This document shows, piece by piece, positions 42,975-54,492 of a DNA stretch of 64,000 bases; within the stretch, counting starts at the first letter, position 1, and each line of letters begins with the position of its first letter. Source of the DNA: Escherichia coli (lineage in GTDB: Bacteria > Pseudomonadota > Gammaproteobacteria > Enterobacterales > Enterobacteriaceae); the NCBI RefSeq assembly GCF_003018255.1, contig NZ_CP027440.1. The stretch is one strand, 5' to 3'. A model generated the notes under the pieces. That model saw only the letters and a program-made list of their open reading frames with translations. It ran no database searches and had not been told where the DNA came from. The position numbers and the translations under genes were made by a program.

Positions 42975-45398
42975 TTACCCTTCGCCCTGCGTCGCACTCT
43001 CAATCGTCAAACGCACGTCTGATGTAATCAACTCCGCCAGCAACTGATACACCTTCATCGTTTCTGCCGGTTCGGCGTCGCCGCTATCGCTGATATACCC
43101 TTCATCACGCAGTGTCAGCACCAGAGAACTGAACACCGCCTTGTCGAAGAACTCCGGCGCGTTGATGCCGTGCAGCACGGAGAGACGTTGCGCGACGGTG
43201 CGGCTCTCTTTCTCCAGCGTACCGCGGTTGATCGACGGGTTGGCGCTCAACAGCCAGAAGGTGATGGCATAACGTTGCAGCGTTTCGCGCGCGCCTGCGG
43301 CCAGCAGCTGTAGCGTGCGAGAATGCGCCGGGTTGATATGCAACTCATCATCTTGCAGGGTAATCAGCCCCTGACGTTGCATCTCATTTGCCAGCGCATC
43401 AATAACGTCCGGCAACTCGTCGCGATCCCAGCGCAGGAACAGCTCCGCTTTCAGCATTGGGTAAAGCACATTGACGTGCTCCATCAATACGTCGCGGGAG
43501 ATGTGGCGATGCTGGGTGACAATTGCCGCCATCAGCGAAGGCAGCACCAACATATGCGCAATGTTGTTGCGATAGTAGGTCATCAGCACCGCTTGCTCGC
43601 GCGGCAGAATGATGATGTCGCCGATCGTGTCTTTCTCGACTTCAAACTTGTTCATTTGCAGCGCGTGATCGATAAGCTCGCTGGCGCTGGCTGAAGGAAC
43701 GGTAGAGTCCGTGGAGTAAGGCACGTTGCGCATCAGATCCAGGTAGCAGTTGAGTTGCTCGGTTAACTGCTCGCGGGTGAGTGAGCGCTGACGTGATGCC
43801 AGTAGCGCAGTACAGCACAGGTTCATGGCGTTTGCCGCGCCTGCGTTGTTAATGCGTACCATCAGATCGGCAGCAATATTATTGACCGTCGGCGTTAACC
43901 ATGCCGGACGCACCGCTTCGATGGGATCGATAGATTCACGCCAGTCTGGTACGTGCTGGTTAAGGTAGGTCATCAACGGCATTGGTTCACCGAAATTGAC
44001 GTAACCCTGGCCGAGATTACGCAGCTTGCTTAAACCGCGCAGCATCTGCGGCAGGCTCTCTTTCTCTTTCGTCGCGCCGCGCAGTTCTTTGGCGTAAGTA
44101 CCCACTTCCATGACGTGCTCATAACCGATATAGATCGGAATCAGCGTAATCGGACGCGTGCCGCCACGCAGCATCGCCTGAATGGTCATCGACAGCGTAC
44201 CGGTTTTCGGATCCAGCAAACGCCCCGTGCGGGAACGACCGCCTTCCACGAAGTACTCGACGGAATAACCACGGCTGAACAGTTCGCCGAGATACTCACG
44301 GAAAACGGTGGAATAAAGTTTATTGCCTTTAAAAGTACGGCGAATAAAGAACGCCCCCAGACGGCGGAAAATCGGCCCGGCCGGCCAGAAGTTTAGGTTG
44401 ATCCCGGCGGCGATATGCGGCGGCACCAGCCCCTGGTGATACAGCACGTAAGAAAGTAGCAGGTAGTCCATGTGACTGCGGTGGCAAGGCACATACACCA
44501 GCTCATGACCGTCGTGGGCCAGCTGGCGAACGCGCTCGGCGTTATGGACGTTGATGCCCTGATAAAGTCGGTTCCAGGTGAAGCCCAGAATGCGGTCAGT
44601 CAGGCGGATCATCTCGTAAGAGAAATTCGCCGCAATCTCTTCCATCAGCGCAATCGCGTTCTGCTGCGCTTTTTCATGGGAGATTTTTTTGCTGCGCGCT
44701 TCATCTTCTACCGCTTTGGCAATGGCGCGGGAGGCGAGCAGCTTATTAAACAGATCCTGACGAGCAGGCAGACGTGGTCCTACGGCAGCCAGACGTTGAC
44801 GGGCAAAGTGCATACGCGCCACGCGCGCCAGTTTCTGCGCGATAGTTTTATCCGTGCCGTGTTCATCCGCCATACGGCGCAGCGAAACTGACGGCGAGAA
44901 ACGCACAAAACTGTCGCGACCGAGCCACAGTACAGCGAAAAATTTCTGTACGCCGTTAAGCATACGCAGCGGCGGGTTCACTTCGCCTTTTTCACGCCCC
45001 GGCGCGCGACCAAACATCACCGACACTGGCACCATCTGCACATCCAGATTTGGGTTACTGCGGTGCAAATCGAGATAGTCGTGGAACAGCTTAATAGACT
45101 CTTCTTTCGGCGTGTAATAGGTGAATACACGCGGCCCGCCGTGAATGAACACATAGCGCGGCAGTAGCGTGCCGTCGATTTCCAGCGGCTCTAACGGGTC
45201 AGGCAGGTCATGTGCCAGACACTGGGCGCGCAACGTCAGCAAGTCTGCTTTCGAGTTGTACGGTAAAACGTACATAATTGGACGAGAGGTATCCAGCCCC
45301 AGTTCCGGGGCAGGATCTGCCGGAATAGACTTGCTTTTTACCAGGATGCTTAATGGTAAATTCAGTAATTTGTAGTAAATTCGTGGCCAGCCGGACAT
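42975..45398 (-). CDS. plsB: Glycerol-3-phosphate acyltransferase
   Basis: ORF-track 42975..45458; start moved to [29 protein letters not shown] (807 aa). Acyltransferase HXXXXD motif ([10 protein letters not shown]) present. Confidence 0.95.
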
Positions 45399-45568
45399 AA
45401 ACGATGTAAAGCCTCTGGTTAATAATGCAAATGCGCGGCAAGGATAGCAGAAAGTCATGGGAAATTCTGTGGTATCCGCTCATGTTTCGCGCGGCGTTAC
45501 GCAAACCCGAATCATCGGATTTAACGGTACACTGATATTGACGCTCATAATGTAAAAAGGTTCTTTCA

Positions 45569-45937
45569 ATGGCCAATAATACCACTGGATTCACCCGAAT
45601 TATCAAAGCTGCTGGCTATTCCTGGAAAGGTTTACGCGCTGCATGGATCAACGAAGCGGCATTCCGTCAGGAAGGTGTAGCGGTATTGTTAGCGGTGGTT
45701 ATCGCCTGCTGGCTGGATGTGGACGCGATTACCCGCGTACTGCTTATCAGCTCCGTGATGCTGGTGATGATTGTGGAAATTCTCAATAGCGCCATCGAAG
45801 CGGTGGTTGACCGAATTGGCTCTGAATACCATGAGCTTTCCGGACGCGCTAAAGATATGGGATCCGCCGCAGTGCTGATTGCCATTATCGTCGCCGTGAT
45901 TACCTGGTGCATCCTGTTATGGTCGCATTTTGGATAA
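45569..45937 (+). CDS. dgkA: Diacylglycerol kinase
   Basis: 122-aa ORF starting MANNTTGFTRIIKAAGYSWKGLRAAW, recognised as DgkA; divergent from plsB. Confidence 0.96.
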   Translation: MANNTTGFTRIIKAAGYSWKGLRAAWINEAAFRQEGVAVLLAVVIACWLDVDAITRVLLISSVMLVMIVEILNSAIEAVVDRIGSEYHELSGRAKDMGSAAVLIAIIVAVITWCILLWSHFG

Positions 45938-46001
45938 CCCTTCCAGATTTCGATAAATCTCTGGTTTATTGTGCAGTTTATGGTTCCAAAATCGCCTTTT
46001 G

Positions 46002-46038
46002 CTGTATATACTCACAGCATAACTGTATATACACCCAG
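46002..46038 (+). promoter_or_regulatory. Two SOS boxes (LexA operators) of the lexA promoter
   Basis: ctgtatatactcacag (46002-46017) and ctgtatatacacccag (46023-46038); both fit CTGT-N8-ACAG and lie directly upstream of the lexA ATG. Confidence 0.92.
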
Positions 46039-46046
46039 GGGGCGGA

Positions 46047-46655
46047 ATGAAAGCGTTAACGGCCAGGCAACAAGAGGTGTTTGATCTCATCCGTGATCAC
46101 ATCAGCCAGACAGGTATGCCGCCGACGCGTGCGGAAATCGCGCAGCGTTTGGGGTTCCGTTCCCCAAACGCGGCTGAAGAACATCTGAAGGCGCTGGCAC
46201 GCAAAGGCGTTATTGAAATTGTTTCCGGCGCATCACGCGGGATTCGTTTATTGCAGGAAGAGGAAGAAGGGTTGCCGCTGGTAGGTCGTGTGGCTGCCGG
46301 TGAACCGCTTCTGGCGCAACAGCATATTGAAGGTCATTATCAGGTCGACCCTTCCTTGTTCAAGCCGAATGCTGATTTCCTGCTGCGTGTCAGCGGGATG
46401 TCGATGAAAGATATCGGCATTATGGATGGCGATTTGCTGGCAGTGCATAAAACTCAGGATGTACGTAACGGTCAGGTCGTTGTCGCACGTATTGATGACG
46501 AAGTTACCGTTAAACGCCTGAAAAAACAGGGCAATAAAGTCGAACTGTTGCCAGAAAACAGCGAGTTTAAACCAATTGTCGTTGACCTTCGTCAGCAGAG
46601 CTTCACCATTGAGGGGCTGGCGGTTGGGGTTATTCGCAACGGCGACTGGCTGTAA
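46047..46655 (+). CDS. lexA: SOS repressor LexA
   Basis: 202-aa ORF starting [69 protein letters not shown], recognised as LexA. Ala-Gly cleavage site and Ser/Lys dyad present. Confidence 0.97.
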   Translation: MKALTARQQEVFDLIRDHISQTGMPPTRAEIAQRLGFRSPNAAEEHLKALARKGVIEIVSGASRGIRLLQEEEEGLPLVGRVAAGEPLLAQQHIEGHYQVDPSLFKPNADFLLRVSGMSMKDIGIMDGDLLAVHKTQDVRNGQVVVARIDDEVTVKRLKKQGNKVELLPENSEFKPIVVDLRQQSFTIEGLAVGVIRNGDWL

Positions 46656-46673
46656 CATATCTCTGAGACCGCG

Positions 46674-48053
46674 ATGCCGCCTGGCGTCGCGGTTTGTTTT
46701 TCATCTCTCTTCATCAGGCTTGTCTGCATGGCATTCCTCACTTCATCTGATAAAGCACTCTGGCATCTCGCCTTACCCATGATTTTCTCCAATATCACCG
46801 TTCCGTTGCTGGGACTGGTCGATACGGCGGTAATTGGTCATCTTGATAGTCCGGTTTATTTGGGCGGCGTGGCGGTTGGTGCAACGGCGACCAGCTTTCT
46901 CTTTATGTTGTTGCTGTTTTTACGCATGAGCACCACCGGGCTGACTGCACAGGCTTATGGTGCCAAAAATCCTCAGGCATTAGCCCGTGCGCTGGTGCAA
47001 CCGTTGCTGTTGGCGTTGGGGGCTGGGGCGTTAATTGCGCTGCTGCGTACGCCGATTATCGATCTGGCGCTGCATATTGTTGGCGGTAGTGAAGCAGTCC
47101 TGGAACAGGCGCGACGCTTTCTTGAAATCCGCTGGTTAAGCGCACCGGCGTCGCTGGCGAATCTGGTATTACTTGGTTGGTTACTCGGCGTGCAATATGC
47201 CCGTGCGCCAGTAATTTTGTTAGTGGTCGGCAATATCCTCAACATTGTGCTGGATGTCTGGCTGGTGATGGGGCTGCATATGAACGTGCAGGGCGCGGCT
47301 CTGGCAACGGTTATTGCGGAATATGCAACATTGCTGATTGGTCTGCTAATGGTGCGTAAAATCCTCAAACTACGCGGAATCTCCGGCGAAATGCTGAAAA
47401 CAGCCTGGCGAGGAAACTTCCGTCACTTGCTGGCGCTTAACCGCGATATCATGCTGCGCTCGCTGTTGCTGCAACTCTGTTTCGGCGCGATCACTGTACT
47501 TGGCGCGCGACTGGGGAGTGACATTATCGCTGTTAACGCGGTTCTGATGACGCTACTCACCTTTACCGCCTATGCGTTGGATGGTTTTGCCTACGCGGTT
47601 GAAGCACATTCCGGTCAGGCATACGGTGCGCGCGACGGTAGTCAATTGCTGGATGTCTGGCGGGCAGCGTGCCGCCAGTCGGGGATCGTAGCGTTACTGT
47701 TTTCGGTGGTTTATTTGCTGGCAGGGGAACACATCATTGCGTTGCTGACGTCGTTAACCCAGATTCAGCAGCTGGCTGACCGCTATCTTATCTGGCAGGT
47801 GATTTTGCCGTTGGTCGGCGTCTGGTGTTATCTGCTGGACGGCATGTTTATAGGCGCAACGCGTGCCGCCGAAATGCGTAACAGTATGGCGGTGGCCGCC
47901 GCAGGTTTTGCGCTGACGCTCCTTACGCTGCCGTGGCTGGGGAATCATGGTTTGTGGCTGGCGTTAACCGTCTTTCTGGCGTTACGCGGGCTTTCTCTGG
48001 CGGCTATCTGGCGGCGTCACTGGCGTAACGATACCTGGTTTGTCGCAACGTGA
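46674..48053 (+). CDS. dinF: MATE-family efflux protein DinF
   Basis: 459-aa polytopic membrane ORF 19 bp downstream of lexA. An alternative start at MAFLTSSDK (46728) cannot be excluded. Confidence 0.88.
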   Translation: MPPGVAVCFSSLFIRLVCMAFLTSSDKALWHLALPMIFSNITVPLLGLVDTAVIGHLDSPVYLGGVAVGATATSFLFMLLLFLRMSTTGLTAQAYGAKNPQALARALVQPLLLALGAGALIALLRTPIIDLALHIVGGSEAVLEQARRFLEIRWLSAPASLANLVLLGWLLGVQYARAPVILLVVGNILNIVLDVWLVMGLHMNVQGAALATVIAEYATLLIGLLMVRKILKLRGISGEMLKTAWRGNFRHLLALNRDIMLRSLLLQLCFGAITVLGARLGSDIIAVNAVLMTLLTFTAYALDGFAYAVEAHSGQAYGARDGSQLLDVWRAACRQSGIVALLFSVVYLLAGEHIIALLTSLTQIQQLADRYLIWQVILPLVGVWCYLLDGMFIGATRAAEMRNSMAVAAAGFALTLLTLPWLGNHGLWLALTVFLALRGLSLAAIWRRHWRNDTWFVAT

Positions 48054-48168
48054 CGGTTAAAAATTCTGAATAAATAATCCTAAGCCAAATTGCTGACTAC
48101 ACTTAATCTCACGTTCAGAAGAAAAGTGAACGTACTCTCATTCACAACCTAACGATGAGGTCTTGATT

Positions 48169-48378
48169 ATGAATAAAGATGAAGCCGGCGGTAACTGGAA
48201 ACAGTTTAAAGGTAAAGTGAAAGAGCAATGGGGCAAACTGACCGATGATGATATGACGATCATTGAAGGAAAACGTGATCAGTTAGTGGGTAAAATCCAG
48301 GAACGCTACGGTTATCAGAAAGATCAGGCAGAAAAAGAGGTTGATAGTTGGGAAAAACGCCATGATTACCGCTGGTAA
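48169..48378 (+). CDS. yjbJ: CsbD-family stress protein YjbJ
   Basis: ORF-track 48163..48378 begins at a TTG; start moved to MNKDEAGGNWKQFKGKVKEQWGKLTDDD (69 aa). Confidence 0.88.
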   Translation: MNKDEAGGNWKQFKGKVKEQWGKLTDDDMTIIEGKRDQLVGKIQERYGYQKDQAEKEVDSWEKRHDYRW

Positions 48379-48419
48379 TTAATCCCTCCTGCCCGACATG
48401 TACAAGGATGTACACCCTT

Positions 48420-48935
48420 TTAGCGAGGTTTCTTTTTCACCTGAATAGAGTGGTCATGATGGCACTGTTCGGGATGACGACACGCTTCTACTTCTACACA
48501 TGCTGAACATAATCCATGTGCTTCAATAACATTATGCCGCAGGGCAAAACCCATTTTTGCCGCCAGCGTATGCATGATGTCTTCCACGCCTTCAGCACAT
48601 TCTTCTTTCACCGCGCCGCAGCGATCGCAAATAAACATGGCTGAAGTATGGGTGGGCTGATCGAACAGATGACAGAGCACATAACTGTTGGTGGATTCCA
48701 CCTTATGCACAAAACCTTGTTCAAGCAGAAACTCCAGCGCGCGATAAACCGTTGGCGGCTTGGCTTGCGGTTCAGCTTCGCGCAGCAAATCAAGCAGATC
48801 ATAAGCACTGATAGCGCCATCCTGCAGACTCATCAGGCGCAACACTTCGAGACGCTGTGGGGTCAGGCGCACATTACGCTGTGCGCAGATTTTTTCAGCC
48901 TGCGCTAATAACTCCTGCGTTGTGGTCTTTTCCAT
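48420..48935 (-). CDS. zur: Zinc uptake regulator Zur
   Basis: ORF-track 48420..49106; start moved to MEKTTTQELLAQAEKICAQRNVRLTPQRLEVL (171 aa). Fur-family fold with C-terminal Cys/His cluster. Confidence 0.92.
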   Translation of the reverse strand: MEKTTTQELLAQAEKICAQRNVRLTPQRLEVLRLMSLQDGAISAYDLLDLLREAEPQAKPPTVYRALEFLLEQGFVHKVESTNSYVLCHLFDQPTHTSAMFICDRCGAVKEECAEGVEDIMHTLAAKMGFALRHNVIEAHGLCSACVEVEACRHPEQCHHDHSIQVKKKPR

Positions 48936-49090
48936 TGGGCACCTCGACAGTGGGGTTAAGAATGTCCTTACTTTACCATAGTTCTCACTTAAACGCCGAG
49001 AACAGGGTGTCATGGCTGTCACATTGCCTGATCGCATATTCGTTATGCTATAGTAGCGCCCCCAATTTACCAGATGCTTAAAAAGTCGCC

Positions 49091-50086
49091 ATGCCAGCAG
49101 AATCACACACTGTTTATCCCGCTTACCGTTTCTCGATTGCCCCGATGCTCGACTGGACGGACAGACATTGCCGTTATTTCCTGCGTCTGCTTTCCCGCAA
49201 TACGTTGCTGTATACCGAAATGGTGACCACAGGGGCGATTATTCACGGTAAAGGTGATTACCTGGCGTACAGTGAAGAAGAACATCCGGTAGCGTTGCAA
49301 CTCGGGGGTAGCGATCCGGCGGCGCTGGCACAGTGTGCGAAGCTGGCAGAAGCGCGCGGATATGATGAGATCAACCTGAATGTCGGCTGCCCGTCTGACC
49401 GGGTGCAGAACGGCATGTTTGGTGCGTGTCTGATGGGTAATGCGCAGCTGGTTGCCGACTGCGTGAAAGCGATGCGCGATGTGGTGTCGATTCCGGTGAC
49501 GGTGAAAACGCGTATTGGCATCGATGATCAGGACAGCTATGAATTTCTCTGCGATTTCATCAACACCGTTTCCGGCAAAGGTGAGTGTGAGATGTTCATC
49601 ATCCACGCACGTAAAGCCTGGCTTTCTGGGTTAAGTCCGAAAGAAAACCGTGAGATCCCGCCGCTCGATTATCCGCGTGTGTATCAACTGAAGCGTGACT
49701 TTCCGCATCTGACGATGTCGATTAACGGTGGTATCAAGTCGCTGGAAGAAGCTAAAGCGCATTTGCAACATATGGATGGCGTGATGGTCGGGCGCGAGGC
49801 GTATCAGAATCCGGGTATTCTGGCGGCGGTAGACCGAGAGATTTTTGGTTCCTCGGATACTGATGCTGATCCGGTGGCGGTAGTGCGCGCCATGTATCCG
49901 TACATTGAGCGTGAACTCAGCCAGGGTACGTATCTCGGCCATATTACCCGGCATATGCTGGGCTTGTTCCAGGGTATTCCTGGCGCGCGGCAGTGGCGGC
50001 GTTATTTAAGTGAAAATGCCCATAAAGCGGGTGCAGACATTAATGTGCTGGAACACGCGCTCAAACTGGTGGCGGATAAGCGTTAA
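49091..50086 (+). CDS. dusA: tRNA-dihydrouridine synthase A
   Basis: 331-aa ORF with the Dus-family TIM-barrel and conserved [16 protein letters not shown] region; divergent from zur. Exact N-terminus uncertain. Confidence 0.9.
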   Translation: MPAESHTVYPAYRFSIAPMLDWTDRHCRYFLRLLSRNTLLYTEMVTTGAIIHGKGDYLAYSEEEHPVALQLGGSDPAALAQCAKLAEARGYDEINLNVGCPSDRVQNGMFGACLMGNAQLVADCVKAMRDVVSIPVTVKTRIGIDDQDSYEFLCDFINTVSGKGECEMFIIHARKAWLSGLSPKENREIPPLDYPRVYQLKRDFPHLTMSINGGIKSLEEAKAHLQHMDGVMVGREAYQNPGILAAVDREIFGSSDTDADPVAVVRAMYPYIERELSQGTYLGHITRHMLGLFQGIPGARQWRRYLSENAHKAGADINVLEHALKLVADKR

Positions 50087-50122
50087 CTTTTCACCAAAAA
50101 GTAGTCAAATTCACCACGCCCT

Positions 50123-50146
50123 GCGCCCCGTCGCGGGGCGTTTTGC
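50123..50146 (+). terminator. dusA intrinsic terminator
   Basis: Hairpin gcgccccg-tcg-cggggcg followed by ttttgctgtt. Confidence 0.8.
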
Positions 50147-50168
50147 TGTTAAATCAATAGATTATTTT

Positions 50169-50184
50169 TGGCATGATTCTTGTA
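50169..50184 (+). promoter_or_regulatory. Putative sigma-54 promoter of pspG
   Basis: TGGCAT-N5-TTGTA fits the -24/-12 GG-N10-G(C/T) architecture about 35 bp upstream of the pspG ATG; pspG is a known PspF/sigma-54 target. Confidence 0.5.
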
Positions 50185-50219
50185 ATGCCAGCAAGAGATT
50201 TCATATTTGGGAGAGCATC

Positions 50220-50462
50220 ATGCTGGAACTACTTTTTGTAATTGGCTTTTTTGTCATGCTGATGGTCACCGGTGTTTCGTTGCTGGGTATTATCGCCGCG
50301 CTGATTGTGGCGACGGCCTTTATGTTCCTCGGCGGTATGCTGGCATTGATGATTAAGTTGCTGCCGTGGCTGCTGTTGGCGGTTGCGGTGGTGTGGGTGA
50401 TCAGGGCGATTAAAGCACCAAAAGTGCCGAAATATCAGCGTTATGACCGCTGGCGTTACTAA
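50220..50462 (+). CDS. pspG: Phage-shock protein G
   Basis: ORF-track 50010..50462; start moved to MLELLFVIGFFVMLMVTGVSLLGIIAAL (80 aa), a small membrane protein ending ...PKYQRYDRWRY. Confidence 0.88.
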   Translation: MLELLFVIGFFVMLMVTGVSLLGIIAALIVATAFMFLGGMLALMIKLLPWLLLAVAVVWVIRAIKAPKVPKYQRYDRWRY

Positions 50463-50589
50463 GGGATTGTGCGGATGATCACAACCTAAGGTTTTATCCT
50501 TAGAACAAAATAGGAATTGATAATCAAATCTGTCATTATTGCGCGTCAAACAAATTCATCGAGCTGTACCCTACATACAGCCGAACTAT

Positions 50590-50626
50590 AAAAGAAAGGG
50601 CTTCCCAGGTGGAAGCCCAATTTCTT
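50590..50626. terminator. Bidirectional terminator between pspG and qor
   Basis: Hairpin gggcttccc-aggt-ggaagccc flanked by A-rich and T-rich tracts. Confidence 0.7.
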
Positions 50627-51610
50627 TTATGGAATCAACAGGCTGGAACCCTGCGTCGCCCGGCTTTCCAGAATCTCATGCGCACGCCGCGCATCCTTCA
50701 GCGGATATTTCTGCTGCTCGGCGACATCGACCTTAATCACACCGCTGGCAATCAAAGAGAACAGTTCATTACTGGCCTCGGTTAATTCCTCCCGCGTGGT
50801 GATATAGCCTTGCAGGGAAGGGCGTGTCACATACAACGAGCCTTTCTGATTGAGAATGCCTAAGTTCACACCGGTAACCGCACCTGATGAGTTGCCAAAA
50901 CTCACCATTAAGCCGCGGCGTTGCAGGCAATCCAGCGACCGTTCCCAGGTGTCTCTGCCCACTGAATCGTACACCACGCGCACTTTCTTACCACCGGTGA
51001 TCTCTTTTAACCGCTCGACCAGATTCTCTTCACGATAGTTAATAACCTGCCACGCGCCCGCTTTTAGCGCACTCTGCGCTTTTTGCGCGGTTCCTACGGT
51101 GCCGATAAGTTTCGCGCCAAGGGCTTTTGCCCACTGGCAGGCAATCAAGCCAACGCCGCCAGCCGCTGCGTGGAACAGGAACTGCTCATCGGGTTTAATT
51201 TCATAGGTTTTGCGCAGCAGATAATAAACCGTTAAGCCTTTCAGGAAGGATGCCGCAGCTTGCTCAAAAGAAATTGCCGCAGGCAGAATCGCCGCTTTAT
51301 CCGCATTAATGTTATGCACAGAGCTGTAAGCGCCTAATGCCGATTGTGCATAGACTACGCGATCGCCTGCCTTAATATGCTTTACACCACTGCCGACTTT
51401 ACTCACGATGCCTGCCGCTTCGGTGCCTAATCCGCTGGGTAGCGATGGCGGCGGGTAAAGGCCGCTGCGGATATACGTGTCGATAAAATTGATGCCGATG
51501 GCTTTATTTTCGACCTGGATTTCATTCTCCGCCGGATCGGCAGGAGTGAACTCTACGGCTTGAAGTACTTCCGGGCCACCGTGCTTGTGAAATTCAATTC
51601 GTGTTGCCAT
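50627..51610 (-). CDS. qor: NADPH:quinone oxidoreductase
   Basis: ORF-track 50627..51718; start moved to MATRIEFHKHGGPEVLQAVEFTPADP (327 aa). Zeta-crystallin-like medium-chain reductase with AAGGVG motif. Confidence 0.93.
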   Translation of the reverse strand: MATRIEFHKHGGPEVLQAVEFTPADPAENEIQVENKAIGINFIDTYIRSGLYPPPSLPSGLGTEAAGIVSKVGSGVKHIKAGDRVVYAQSALGAYSSVHNINADKAAILPAAISFEQAAASFLKGLTVYYLLRKTYEIKPDEQFLFHAAAGGVGLIACQWAKALGAKLIGTVGTAQKAQSALKAGAWQVINYREENLVERLKEITGGKKVRVVYDSVGRDTWERSLDCLQRRGLMVSFGNSSGAVTGVNLGILNQKGSLYVTRPSLQGYITTREELTEASNELFSLIASGVIKVDVAEQQKYPLKDARRAHEILESRATQGSSLLIP

Positions 51611-51692
51611 GTGTCCTCCAGAACGTATCGTCAGGGTCTGCTTCATATGGTAAAGTTTCGACCCATTCTTTATCTCGGTAACTCCATTCACT

Positions 51693-53108
51693 ATGGCAGG
51701 AAATAAACCCTTCAACAAACAGCAGGCTGAACCCCGCGAACGCGATCCACAAGTTGCCGGGCTGAAAGTGCCTCCGCACTCGATCGAAGCGGAGCAGTCG
51801 GTGTTGGGCGGTTTAATGCTGGATAACGAACGCTGGGATGATGTAGCTGAGCGTGTGGTGGCAGATGATTTTTACACCCGCCCACACCGTCATATCTTTA
51901 CTGAAATGGCGCGTTTGCAGGAAAGCGGTAGTCCTATCGATCTGATTACCCTTGCGGAATCGCTGGAACGCCAGGGGCAACTCGATAGCGTCGGTGGTTT
52001 TGCTTATCTGGCAGAGCTGTCAAAAAATACGCCAAGTGCGGCGAACATCAGTGCATATGCGGATATCGTGCGCGAACGTGCCGTTGTTCGTGAGATGATC
52101 TCCGTTGCTAACGAGATTGCCGAAGCTGGTTTTGATCCACAAGGGCGTACCAGTGAAGATCTGCTCGACCTTGCTGAATCCCGCGTCTTTAAAATTGCCG
52201 AAAGTCGTGCAAACAAAGACGAAGGGCCGAAGAACATCGCCGATGTGCTCGACGCAACCGTGGCGCGTATTGAGCAGTTGTTTCAGCAGCCACACGATGG
52301 CGTTACCGGGGTAAATACCGGTTATGACGATCTCAACAAAAAAACCGCTGGCTTGCAGCCGTCGGATTTGATCATCGTTGCCGCGCGTCCGTCGATGGGT
52401 AAAACGACATTTGCGATGAACCTCGTCGAAAACGCGGCGATGTTGCAGGATAAACCGGTGCTTATCTTCTCGCTGGAGATGCCATCAGAACAGATCATGA
52501 TGCGTTCTCTGGCGTCGCTGTCGCGCGTTGACCAGACTAAAATCCGTACCGGTCAGCTCGATGATGAAGACTGGGCACGCATTTCCGGCACCATGGGTAT
52601 TTTGCTCGAAAAACGTAATATCTATATCGATGATTCCTCCGGCTTGACGCCAACGGAAGTGCGTTCCCGCGCACGCCGTATTGCCCGTGAACACGGCGGC
52701 ATCGGGCTTATCATGATCGACTACCTGCAACTGATGCGCGTACCGGCGCTTTCCGATAACCGTACGCTGGAAATTGCAGAAATCTCCCGCTCGCTGAAAG
52801 CACTGGCGAAAGAACTGAACGTGCCGGTGGTGGCGCTGTCCCAGTTGAACCGTTCTCTGGAACAACGTGCCGACAAACGCCCGGTCAACTCCGACCTGCG
52901 TGAATCTGGCTCTATCGAGCAGGATGCGGACTTGATCATGTTTATCTATCGTGATGAGGTGTATCACGAAAACAGTGATTTAAAAGGCATCGCGGAAATT
53001 ATTATCGGTAAACAACGTAACGGCCCAATCGGGACGGTACGCCTGACCTTTAACGGTCAATGGTCGCGCTTCGACAACTATGCGGGGCCGCAGTACGACG
53101 ACGAATAA
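51693..53108 (+). CDS. dnaB: Replicative DNA helicase DnaB
   Basis: 471-aa ORF starting MAGNKPFNKQQAEPRERDPQVAGLKVPPHSIEAEQSVLGGLMLDNERWDDV, recognised as DnaB; Walker A (GKT) present. Confidence 0.97.
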   Translation: MAGNKPFNKQQAEPRERDPQVAGLKVPPHSIEAEQSVLGGLMLDNERWDDVAERVVADDFYTRPHRHIFTEMARLQESGSPIDLITLAESLERQGQLDSVGGFAYLAELSKNTPSAANISAYADIVRERAVVREMISVANEIAEAGFDPQGRTSEDLLDLAESRVFKIAESRANKDEGPKNIADVLDATVARIEQLFQQPHDGVTGVNTGYDDLNKKTAGLQPSDLIIVAARPSMGKTTFAMNLVENAAMLQDKPVLIFSLEMPSEQIMMRSLASLSRVDQTKIRTGQLDDEDWARISGTMGILLEKRNIYIDDSSGLTPTEVRSRARRIAREHGGIGLIMIDYLQLMRVPALSDNRTLEIAEISRSLKALAKELNVPVVALSQLNRSLEQRADKRPVNSDLRESGSIEQDADLIMFIYRDEVYHENSDLKGIAEIIIGKQRNGPIGTVRLTFNGQWSRFDNYAGPQYDDE

Positions 53109-53160
53109 TAATTATTTTATGAATTAGGTAATTAAAGCAAACACTTATCAAGGAACACAA

Positions 53161-54240
53161 ATGCAAGCGGCAACTGTTGTGATTAACCGCCGCGCTCTGC
53201 GACACAACCTGCAACGTCTTCGTGAACTGGCGCCTGCCAGTAAAATGGTTGCGGTGGTGAAAGCGAACGCTTATGGTCACGGTCTTCTTGAGACCGCGCG
53301 AACGCTCCCCGATGCTGACGCCTTTGGCGTAGCCCGTCTCGAAGAAGCTCTGCGACTGCGTGCGGGGGGAATCACCAAACCTGTACTGTTACTCGAAGGC
53401 TTTTTTGATGCCAGAGATCTGCCGACGATTTCTGCGCAACATTTTCATACCGCCGTGCATAACGAAGAACAGCTGGCTGCGCTGGAAGAGGCTAGCCTGG
53501 ACGAGCCGGTTACCGTCTGGATGAAACTCGATACCGGTATGCACCGTCTGGGCGTAAGGCCGGAACAGGCTGAGGCGTTTTATCATCGCCTGACCCAGTG
53601 CAAAAACGTTCGTCAGCCGGTGAATATCGTCAGCCATTTTGCGCGCGCGGATGAACCAAAATGCGGCGCAACCGAGAAACAACTCGCTATCTTTAATACC
53701 TTTTGTGAAGGCAAACCAGGTCAACGTTCCATTGCCGCGTCGGGTGGCATTCTGCTGTGGCCACAGTCGCATTTTGACTGGGTGCGCCCGGGCATCATTC
53801 TTTATGGCGTCTCGCCGCTGGAAGATCGTTCCACCGGTGCCGATTTTGGCTGTCAGCCGGTAATGTCATTGACCTCCAGCCTGATTGCTGTGCGTGAGCA
53901 TAAAGCCGGAGAGCCTGTCGGTTATGGTGGAACCTGGGTAAGCGAACGTGATACCCGCCTTGGCGTAGTCGCGATGGGCTATGGCGATGGTTATCCGCGC
54001 GCCGCGCCGTCCGGTACGCCAGTGCTGGTGAACGGTCGCGAAGTGCCGATTGTCGGGCGCGTCGCGATGGATATGATCTGCGTAGACTTAGGTCCACAGG
54101 CGCAGGACAAAGCCGGGGACCCGGTCATTTTATGGGGCGAAGGTTTGCCCGTAGAACGTATCGCTGAAATGACAAAAGTGAGCGCTTACGAACTTATTAC
54201 GCGCCTGACTTCAAGGGTCGCGATGAAATACGTGGATTAA
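53161..54240 (+). CDS. alr: Alanine racemase (biosynthetic)
   Basis: 359-aa ORF with the PLP-binding site [10 protein letters not shown]; immediately downstream of dnaB. Confidence 0.95.
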
Positions 54241-54266
54241 TCGTTCTGTAATATTTGATTGTCTGT

Positions 54267-54297
54267 GCCGGATGCGGCGTGAATGCCTTATCCGGCC
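54267..54297. repeat. Single REP-like palindrome downstream of alr
   Basis: gccggatgcggcgtgaatgccttatccggcc. Confidence 0.6.
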
Positions 54298-54492
54298 AAT
54301 AAAATCTTACCAATTCAATAAGTTGATATTCTTTCATGCTCTTATAAAGGTCGTGCATCTGGCGGATGTACGTTTGTCATGAGTCTCACTCTGTTGCTAA
54401 TTGCCATTCGCCCCTGAACATCCTCTCGATCTTCGCCTTCTTCCGGTTTATTGTGTTTTAACCACCTGCCCGTAAACCTGGAGAACCATCGC

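Noticed and set aside
48936-49150. Possible island scar at the 5' end of dusA (a known integration hotspot for some integrase families)
   Set aside because: The first ~15 residues of this DusA differ from the K-12 N-terminus as I remember it, but I cannot verify that without an alignment. zur is directly adjacent as in K-12 and no integrase or extra DNA is present, so ordinary N-terminal variation or start-codon annotation differences are the simpler explanation.
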